DNA of 39,667 nt from Candidatus Thalassarchaeaceae archaeon. GTDB taxonomy: Archaea; Thermoplasmatota; Poseidoniia; Poseidoniales; Thalassarchaeaceae. The position numbers were made by a program, and so were the translations under genes. Positions 9,753-21,672 of this stretch are shown in pieces. The stretch spans positions 1 through 39,667 of the forward strand of contig CAVOCV010000002.1 of assembly GCA_963694325.1 (NCBI GenBank). Direction: 5' to 3'. Position 1 is the stretch's first letter; the number at the start of each line of letters is the position of its first letter. The notes under the pieces are model-generated. The model worked only from the letters and a program-made list of their open reading frames with translations. It was not told where the DNA came from and did not search any database.

Positions 9753-10832
9753 TCACCATCCGGGCGTCCCACCCACCATCGATGTCCAATTGGTGACGCT
9801 GCTCGGACTGCCGCCTCCATCGTAGGTCAGGGATTGGTTCGAAGCGATCGTCCAGGAACTGTCCCATGTGATGATCATCACCTCTTCTGTGTAGGCGGTT
9901 CCTGCCTCTGTCCAACCGAGCGTGAGGGTATCTCCGCCAGACGACAGGGCATCGATGCCACCGACGCCGAGCACGCCCGAGGAGAGCAGGGTGATCGTCG
10001 GCACGCCAAATGGATTGTATTGGGTTTCACCATCGCCCGTACAGATGAGCAATCCGCCGCCGGCCAAGGCGCCGCCGCCGCCGAGAGGCGCGGAGGCTTC
10101 GGGAATTGCGAGGCTCCAACCGGAGAGGTTGACGGCAAATCCATCCGGGTTGTACAATTCGATCCACTCGGGAGGCCCGTTCAGCGGGTCGACCATGAAT
10201 TCGGAGATGTGGAGGGAAGAGGGCATCCGTCCCGCATCGTGGACCTCGAGTGTGACGCGCACCTGTTCGAGGTCCACATGCATCAAACGACTGGCGGTCG
10301 AGCCGCGGGTGGCCGAGGCGCGTGGGGTACCATCTGCGAACAATTCAAGTCCGATGCGACTGGCATTGGAACTGTCGACAACGGTGATGGTCAGGTTGAT
10401 GGCCAAACCTTCCTGAATGCCCAAGCCATGAATCAGCCGATCTTCGGTCACATTTGCGAGAGCGGCGATACGATTCACATCGAGATGGCCGCGACCGTCG
10501 CCGAGCCCGGGCAGATGATCCGCTTTGAGCAGGGTCGTGGCGTTCATCAGATGCCAATCTGAGGTAGAGTTCGCAATGTCTCTCACGCCGTTCACATGCG
10601 GGACGACATGACCGGGTGAATCGGTCAATCGCTCCAGCCCATCGATCGCCATCTGATCGTAACGGTCCGCATCGGGGACATTGCTGCCGAGTTTCAATTG
10701 ACTGAGGGCGAGGAAGGCGGAGACGATGACCAGAAAGAGCACGAATGCCGAGAGGAATTCCACGACGGCGGTCATGGCCTGTTCATCCGATTCTCTGCGC
10801 GCGCAGGATTCGACCTCTCGACCGCTCGCCAT
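9753..10832 (-). CDS. Pilin-like membrane-anchored protein with C-terminal lamin-tail domain (LTD)
   Basis: The N-terminus RRESDEQAMTAVVEFLSAFVLFLVIVSAFLAL resembles class III / TadE-like signal anchors. The LTD signature is ISEFMVDPLNGPPEWIELYNPDGFAVNLSGWSL. Several N-x-S/T sequons are present. Start is the ATG at the complement of 10830-10832. Confidence 0.72.
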   Translation of the reverse strand: MASGREVESCARRESDEQAMTAVVEFLSAFVLFLVIVSAFLALSQLKLGSNVPDADRYDQMAIDGLERLTDSPGHVVPHVNGVRDIANSTSDWHLMNATTLLKADHLPGLGDGRGHLDVNRIAALANVTEDRLIHGLGIQEGLAINLTITVVDSSNASRIGLELFADGTPRASATRGSTASRLMHVDLEQVRVTLEVHDAGRMPSSLHISEFMVDPLNGPPEWIELYNPDGFAVNLSGWSLAIPEASAPLGGGGALAGGGLLICTGDGETQYNPFGVPTITLLSSGVLGVGGIDALSSGGDTLTLGWTEAGTAYTEEVMIITWDSSWTIASNQSLTYDGGGSPSSVTNWTSMVGGTPGW

Positions 10833-10922
10833 CGCTCCGCCATGGTGCCGCCGACCATCAATCCTGTGGCCGAGTCCACCCCCTTTCGAACCCTTCTCGG
10901 GCCGCATCGGTTCGCCGAGGGG

Positions 10923-10928
10923 TATTTA
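10923..10928 (+). promoter_or_regulatory. TATA-like box (GGTATTTA) 31 nt upstream of ATG 10954
   Basis: This is an AT-rich hexamer in otherwise GC-rich DNA. The same motif and the same 31-nt spacing recur at 25879/25910. Confidence 0.45.
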
Positions 10929-10953
10929 CGGACTGTTTGAACTCGTGAAGGTG

Positions 10954-13900
10954 ATGGCTTCCTCTCAGCGCGCCCTACGGGCGCGTTCAGGTCAGCGGGC
11001 GAGCGCCCTCGTTCTCCTCCTCATTTTGAGTTCTTTGATGGCCTTCGTGACGCCGGTATCGGCCTCCCCCGCAACCGATGATCTGTCCATCGATGCAGGC
11101 ATCAAACCCATCGTGAATGCCCACTACGACTTCAACGAACTCGTCTTTCCCGAGGTGCTGATTTCGAATGAGTTGACCTCAAATTCGGACAGTCGCCAAA
11201 TCATGGCGGCGATCTGCCCCGGGGATCACACGGCGACGATGACCTGCCCCACCGGGAGTGGCACGACAGATTCGTTGAGCCAGGTCCCCAACCTCGGTCC
11301 CAAGGAATCGGTGACGATCACGTTCAACACCCTCTTCTTCTTCCCCAGTTCACCGGGCGTTCACACCGTCGTCTTCTGGTTCCCCGCCACGGATATTGAC
11401 GATACCGATGACCGGGTGGCTTACACCTTCGATTATGACCAGCCGCTCCGCGATTTGATTGTCAACGGACATGATGTCGATACCTCAGTGATTTACAACA
11501 GCGGCGTGCCGATTCCCGCCAATCTCGACTTGAGAGCCCGTTCATGGCTGGACGGCCTGAACTTCACGACGGGATGGACCATGCATCTGATCGAACCACT
11601 GGTGGCCGAAGCCGAGGATTGTGTGGATTGGCAGAAAAATTTCACCGGAGTCGGCGACGCGTTCGGCAATGAGATTATTCTACACGATGTCACCCACGAC
11701 GATGTATCGGAAACCATACACTACGCCCCCTACGACATGCGGATGAATTTGAGCAATGACTCGATGTGGATCCACGCCGATATCGATGTGCTCGGTAGCG
11801 AATACGGCCAGCCGCATTCCGTTGAGATTGTCGCCATCAACAACGGGACGGAATTATTCACCACTTGGTTCAATTTCACTGGTGATGGTACGCCCCGGAA
11901 TCAGCGCGTTTCCCAGTCCATCGCAGGCATCGACAATGGCACCACCTGTTTCTCTGCCCGGATGACTGTGCCAGACATTCAGGTTGCGAGCGATTCCATG
12001 GATGTCGGTGGAATCAGTGGTTCATTCAACTCCCAACCTCTCGCCTTGCCCAATATCACAGCCCCTTACGCGGGTGAATTTGAGGTTCGAGCAAGCATCT
12101 CTAACACCTTCATCGACCCGAACCCTCACAATGATCAAGTCTCCTTTGACATCATCGTCGATGACACGGTCAACGCTTGGATTCGCGAAGTCGTCCCGGC
12201 CCGTGGCACGACCACCTACGTCGATGTGAATGGCAATACCGTGGTGCGGTTCCCCTACGGTGATGATTCGATACGAATCGTCTCGGGCAACATCGGGTGG
12301 AAACCGGTCCAAGCACTGGTGGAAGTGAACATACTCGAATTCCATTCTCGAGATCTCGCCGCGGGACCCTACACGTGCAACATCTCGCTGCTGCCGGGTG
12401 AGGAGATTCGGTGTGATTTCGACTTCGCCAGCACCGGCCTGTACATTCTCAATGCATCGATCGTGATGACGGACGGTGGCATCGATGTGGACACGAGCGA
12501 CAACTGGTATGAGGTCGGTATCACGGTCGACTTCGGCCTGATCAATCCAGTCATCGCCAATCCGGGACCCAACGCCATCTATGAGACCGGCGACACGATT
12601 CTCGCTGTGGCGGGAGTGAACCCCCTCGCGCCGATGCCCTTGAATTTCACTTGGAAATTGAACTATGTCGAGGTGCTCGGTTATGGGCAGACTGCGAACA
12701 TCACCATGCCGATGGGCGAATGGCTGCTGACCGTCTATGTGACCGATGAGGCGGACAACCTCGAGATTGCCGCCCAATCGGTTCGCATCCTCAATCGTGT
12801 CGAGTTCGCAGCCGCACCCCACATCATGAGCGGTGTCGCCGTCTCGACCGCGCCGATGGAATTGACCTTCGACACGCCCGAGCTTCCACCGACGGGCATC
12901 CTCTATCCGACGGCATTCAACAAAGGCAAGGACCCACTCGTGATGTTCAACGCGTCGATGCGATCCACTCTTGGCGTCCCGATCGAGGTCGACGTCTTCG
13001 AAGCCTGGCTCGATCTCGCGGCTTTCCTTCCGCCCGCGATCAATGCCTCGACAGTCGAAATTCTCCGCATGCCGACCTGGGGCGGTTTGATTCTGGAAGA
13101 GTTTGATTTGGATGGGTATTCTGAAATCTACGAGAATGGGACCCTATACTTCCGCGTCGAAGGTGATGCAGGTGGCGCTTTCATGCTGATCGGGGCACTG
13201 GACCCGGTCGTTGTCAACCCTGGGTCGCTGGATATCGTTCTGCAGAAGGACGGCCAGGTCAAGGTGGTGTGGGACAACGAGGGAGACACCGAAAATCCCT
13301 ACTTCGGTGGATGGCGCCTGTATCGCAAGACGACGCTGACGTTCTCCTATCCCTTCAACTCGCAATCACAGTTCAATTCCGCCACCCTCGGCTATCACGT
13401 GCTGGACCTGGCGCCCGGAACTGAAGAATGGCAGGATCCGAATTTCTACGAGGACGGCACCTGTCTATCCTTCCTCGTCATGTCCCATTCGCGCGGCGGC
13501 GTGGCCGACTGGCATTACGGAAACGTCACCCGTGGCACTTGGAATGAAATCACTCAACGGATGGACGTCCCTGAGATCTGCGTCGATGATCTCTCCCCAT
13601 CGACCGAGGTCATTGGCATGCGTGGCAAGGTGATCTTCGACAACGCCACAAAGAAACACAGCACCAACATCTCTTGGACCTGGCCACCCGTCGGTGATGA
13701 AGGACCCTTGACATGGTCTCTTTACCGGGCCCAATCGACGGTATCAACGGTCGAATTCATGGAACCGCTCGTCTCTGGCTTGGTGGCGGTCCCCGGTGAG
13801 AAGGCTTGGTACGGTGAGACCGAGAGCGCATTGCGAGAATCGGTTCACCTCGAGCAATTCTACTATTACGTCTTGATTCCGTTCGACGCCGTCGAAAATA

Positions 13901-14256
13901 GCGATTTCCTGGTCCGTTCGAACAATGCCGTTGGGTTGACGCTGGATGACCAGTTCTGGGATTACCATCTCCCCCCACCTCCACCGCCGGAACCGGCGCC
14001 TCCAGAAGTGCCGTTTTACGGGCCTTCACCTTGGTATGGGCGCCTGCTCGATGACATGGAGAAGGGTGGATTCCAGCAGGCGGGACTTGCCGCGGCTGGC
14101 GTCGTCCTCATGAATCTCTTCCTGATTCCGCCGATGATCAACAAACTGCGCGCCAAGAAGCGGAAGGTTCGACGAATGAAGGCACGGCAGGCACATCAGC
14201 AAGGCATGCTCGATGCGGATGAATTCGCGGACGACTTCGATGAATTCTTCGACTGA
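10954..14256 (+). CDS. Giant (1100 aa) secreted surface protein with C-terminal TM anchor
   Basis: The signal peptide is MASSQRALRARSGQRASALVLLLILSSLMAFVTPVSA, and many N-x-S/T sequons follow. A proline stalk HLPPPPPPEPAPPEVP precedes the TM helix GLAAAGVVLMNLFLIPPMI, then a KKRKVRRMKAR segment and an acidic tail. The track ORF start at 10726 overlaps the divergent gene. Confidence 0.8.
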   Translation: MASSQRALRARSGQRASALVLLLILSSLMAFVTPVSASPATDDLSIDAGIKPIVNAHYDFNELVFPEVLISNELTSNSDSRQIMAAICPGDHTATMTCPTGSGTTDSLSQVPNLGPKESVTITFNTLFFFPSSPGVHTVVFWFPATDIDDTDDRVAYTFDYDQPLRDLIVNGHDVDTSVIYNSGVPIPANLDLRARSWLDGLNFTTGWTMHLIEPLVAEAEDCVDWQKNFTGVGDAFGNEIILHDVTHDDVSETIHYAPYDMRMNLSNDSMWIHADIDVLGSEYGQPHSVEIVAINNGTELFTTWFNFTGDGTPRNQRVSQSIAGIDNGTTCFSARMTVPDIQVASDSMDVGGISGSFNSQPLALPNITAPYAGEFEVRASISNTFIDPNPHNDQVSFDIIVDDTVNAWIREVVPARGTTTYVDVNGNTVVRFPYGDDSIRIVSGNIGWKPVQALVEVNILEFHSRDLAAGPYTCNISLLPGEEIRCDFDFASTGLYILNASIVMTDGGIDVDTSDNWYEVGITVDFGLINPVIANPGPNAIYETGDTILAVAGVNPLAPMPLNFTWKLNYVEVLGYGQTANITMPMGEWLLTVYVTDEADNLEIAAQSVRILNRVEFAAAPHIMSGVAVSTAPMELTFDTPELPPTGILYPTAFNKGKDPLVMFNASMRSTLGVPIEVDVFEAWLDLAAFLPPAINASTVEILRMPTWGGLILEEFDLDGYSEIYENGTLYFRVEGDAGGAFMLIGALDPVVVNPGSLDIVLQKDGQVKVVWDNEGDTENPYFGGWRLYRKTTLTFSYPFNSQSQFNSATLGYHVLDLAPGTEEWQDPNFYEDGTCLSFLVMSHSRGGVADWHYGNVTRGTWNEITQRMDVPEICVDDLSPSTEVIGMRGKVIFDNATKKHSTNISWTWPPVGDEGPLTWSLYRAQSTVSTVEFMEPLVSGLVAVPGEKAWYGETESALRESVHLEQFYYYVLIPFDAVENSDFLVRSNNAVGLTLDDQFWDYHLPPPPPPEPAPPEVPFYGPSPWYGRLLDDMEKGGFQQAGLAAAGVVLMNLFLIPPMINKLRAKKRKVRRMKARQAHQQGMLDADEFADDFDEFFD

Positions 14257-14328
14257 CAGGTCGGATTCATCGCGGGGAAAAGGCAACCGCTCGGCTTAAG
14301 GCACGGGCTTCGGTGGCGCGGCTGCACA

Positions 14329-14414
14329 GCGACGATCGCATAGCCTGGCCATTGCGCTGGATTGCTAATCCAGTGGGTTCACCCACGGGAGTTCAAATCT
14401 CCCTCGTCGCGCCA
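14329..14414 (+). tRNA. tRNA-Ser (anticodon GCT), class II, CCA encoded
   Basis: The acceptor stem is GCGACGA/TCGTCGC. The anticodon arm is CTGGA-TTGCTAA-TCCAG. The long variable arm is TGGG-TTCA-CCCA, and the T arm is GGGAG-TTCAAAT-CTCCC, followed by discriminator G and CCA. Confidence 0.93.
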
Positions 14415-14635
14415 AAAATCACCAAAAGTCAGCGACAGGGAGTTTGAACTGCGGTCACGCCGAACACCAAAAAGCATCACAGCCGCGTGGCCGCGAAGTT
14501 CAAATCTCGGCGCTCGCCCAAAATAAGCACCAATAAGCGGTGCGAGCGGCTAACCGACTGTGTTCGCTTGGTACGTTCGCGCTTCCTTCGGGCTTCGCCC
14601 TCAGTCCAGCGCTCAGATATCCCTCGTCGCGCCCA
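14415..14635 (+). repeat. Three successive units (14415-14462, 14463-14520, 14521-14635), each ending in a decayed copy of the tRNA-Ser 3' end
   Basis: Unit ends are GGGAGTTTGAACTGCGGTCACGCCG, GAAGTTCAAATCTCGGCGCTCGCCCA and TCCCTCGTCGCGCC(CA). The genuine tRNA end is GGGAGTTCAAATCTCCCTCGTCGCGCCA. Each unit begins with a variant of the tRNA 3' flank AAAATCACCAAAAG. Confidence 0.75.
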
Positions 14636-14665
14636 CCGCGCCGCCACCGCGGCACAACCACAATC

Positions 14666-17584
<2,919 letters not shown>

Positions 17585-17593
17585 TGAATCCCC

Positions 17594-19641
<2,048 letters not shown>

Positions 19642-19849
19642 CGAACTGTTCTTGGGTGGTCCGTGGGGGTTCTTGAATGATTCGACTGGAGTCCCTCTGA
19701 AACCGCTGAAAGTGGACCCCTCGAACCCCGCTGAAACCACCTGAAAATGGCATTTCTGGGGGTTGAATCTGGACCTGAAAGTGATGCCCCCTCGCGTACG
19801 GGTGGGGAATGTATCTCGCGCACCCGCGCCCATGTGCGCTCGCAATACG

Positions 19850-19855
19850 ATTAAA
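19850..19855 (+). promoter_or_regulatory. TATA-like ATTAAA 31 nt upstream of aroD ATG 19881
   Basis: The spacing is the same as at three other genes in the window, which suggests a leaderless mRNA. Confidence 0.4.
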
Positions 19856-19880
19856 CAGGGAGTGCCGGTCGCCGCGCTCG

Positions 19881-20678
19881 ATGAGTTCGACACTGATCTG
19901 CGTCACCCTGCGCGGCCATTCGATCGAGAACATGATCCGAGACGCGAGCCGGGCCACCGCCGCAGGTGCCGACCTGGTCGAAGTGCGCTTCGACAATCTC
20001 TATGTCAACCGCATCGAAGTCGATTCGATCATCACTCAGGATTCCAAGGGTGAGGATGTCGTCGACCGCCAACCGCCGATCATGGATCCCCGACCAATCG
20101 AAGAGATTGATGTCGCCGCTTCGATCGAGGCGCTGAAGGATGGCATCCAGATCCCCGTCATCTTCACCTGCCGCGCCACTGGCGAAGGCGGTCAATTCCA
20201 TGGAGATGAGGCCAGCCGAGCCACGGTTCTCGCCGCCGCAATCGAGAGCGGTGTCAGCTGGGTCGACATCGAGGTCTCGATGGAGGAAGGGCTTCGCAGT
20301 GGGCTGTTGAAGGCCGCAGGAGAAGCGACGAAAATCATCGCATCCGCACACCTTCAAGCCGTCCATTCGACCGAAGAAATCCTCGAGCAAGTGGAAATCC
20401 ACTCTGAAGAGGGCAGTCTCCTCAAATTCTGCTTCACCGGCGTCGAGCACGGCACGAGCCTGCACATCTTCGAGGCCGCACACGCACTGGCGAAGGAAGA
20501 GAAATCCGTGGCCCTGATGGCCAGAGGTCCGGGTGGAGACTGGACCCGCATCCACGCGCCGCTGCTCAAGCAACCGTTGGTCTACACGACCCTCGACCGA
20601 GATTACTCACTCTTCCAGCGCGGCCAGGTCAACATCAACGACCTGCGTACCGCCTGGCGACTGCTCGAATACGAGTGA
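19881..20678 (+). CDS. aroD: 3-dehydroquinate dehydratase, type I
   Basis: It starts MSSTLICVTLRGHS and has GADLVEVRFD. The TIM-barrel AroD pattern includes IIASAH. The track ORF start at 19809 is upstream of the TATA-like box. Confidence 0.8.
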   Translation: MSSTLICVTLRGHSIENMIRDASRATAAGADLVEVRFDNLYVNRIEVDSIITQDSKGEDVVDRQPPIMDPRPIEEIDVAASIEALKDGIQIPVIFTCRATGEGGQFHGDEASRATVLAAAIESGVSWVDIEVSMEEGLRSGLLKAAGEATKIIASAHLQAVHSTEEILEQVEIHSEEGSLLKFCFTGVEHGTSLHIFEAAHALAKEEKSVALMARGPGGDWTRIHAPLLKQPLVYTTLDRDYSLFQRGQVNINDLRTAWRLLEYE

Positions 20679-21665
20679 TCAGATTTGGTCTGGCGGTGGC
20701 AGCACCGGTTCGGGCTGCGCCGGCGCAATCGCCACGACAGGCGCAACGCCCTCCGTCTTCAGATGATCCATCTGGGTATCGCTCACCATCGGGTCCAATC
20801 CGGCTTTCATGTACCGGTGATGAACGAGGAAGGGCGCGGCGAGAATCCCCAACAAGGCACCACAACAGACCATCGTCACCGTCCAGTTGGGCAAGGCGAA
20901 GCGCTCCTCGACCATGACGACAAGATCGACCGTGAAATTTCGATTCGGCACCCCGGCATCGTACTGGCGAATATTGTCCCATGAATCGATCATCAGATAC
21001 ATCGTCTGCCAGTGGACGGAATCACTCCACGGATCTTGGCTGCGCTCCTCGTGGTCAAGCGACACGGCGAACTTCACCTCGTCGACCTTCTCATAAGAGT
21101 GCACATCACGGAACGGGTGCCAGAAAATGGCATTCTGCATCCACGGTGGGGAATCTTCGATGCCGTCCCTGAAACCATCTCCGAGGTTATTTCGGGTGGT
21201 GTAATCCCATTGATAGCGACCTCGATCCATCTCTTTGAGCAGGTAGACATCCGCGATTGGCGTCGCTTGATTCCCCCCTTCGTATTCGGGTTGGAAATCG
21301 ATGCAGAATGTGTACTTCCATCCCGTTGTGAGGTTCATTCGCAGGCTCACTGCGGAGTCATTTGCCAAAAAGAAGGAGGTGTGAAACCCCTCTTCCAGAC
21401 GGCTCAGACCTGTGTTCCAATATTCGTAATCTTCGTCCCAGCCACCCTCGTCACCGTAGTAATATTCGTCCCCTTCACTGATGAGCACCTCTTTTTCGAT
21501 CGTCGTGCCCCACGCAGGGGTCGACCCGCCGTCTTTGAGGGTACAGTTGGTCGCGGCCTCGACGACGGGTGCAGGATCGAGGCCAATCTCTTGGGTGATG
21601 ATGGTGAGCAACGGCAGCAGGATGAGGGCGATTACCCACACTGTACTCCGCTGTCCATTGGCCAT
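20679..21665 (-). CDS. Membrane-anchored exported protein of unknown function (N-terminal signal/TM plus C-terminal TM), co-transcribed with the upstream giant peptidase
   Basis: It starts MANGQRSTVWVIALILLPLLTII, 7 nt after the stop of the 1390-aa gene. The ectodomain is acidic and rich in Trp and Tyr. The C-terminal TM helix is WTVTMVCCGALLGILAAPFLV. Confidence 0.7.
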   Translation of the reverse strand: MANGQRSTVWVIALILLPLLTIITQEIGLDPAPVVEAATNCTLKDGGSTPAWGTTIEKEVLISEGDEYYYGDEGGWDEDYEYWNTGLSRLEEGFHTSFFLANDSAVSLRMNLTTGWKYTFCIDFQPEYEGGNQATPIADVYLLKEMDRGRYQWDYTTRNNLGDGFRDGIEDSPPWMQNAIFWHPFRDVHSYEKVDEVKFAVSLDHEERSQDPWSDSVHWQTMYLMIDSWDNIRQYDAGVPNRNFTVDLVVMVEERFALPNWTVTMVCCGALLGILAAPFLVHHRYMKAGLDPMVSDTQMDHLKTEGVAPVVAIAPAQPEPVLPPPDQI

Positions 21666-21672
21666 TCTCGGG

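Noticed and set aside
14463-14560. Permuted or split tRNA gene (T-arm/acceptor-like 3' half at 14496-14520 followed by complementary GCGAGCG at 14542-14548)
   Set aside because: The T-stem is mismatched. No D-arm or anticodon arm can be drawn after the putative 5' acceptor strand, and no bulge-helix-bulge motif is apparent. Decayed duplication is the simpler explanation.
19670-19795. Box C/D sRNA (CTGA D-box-like motifs with ATGATT and GTGATGC upstream)
   Set aside because: The candidate C boxes lack the essential second GA (AUGAUUC) or lack a properly spaced D' box. The 12-nt C-to-D' spacing rule is not met, and no terminal stem is present.
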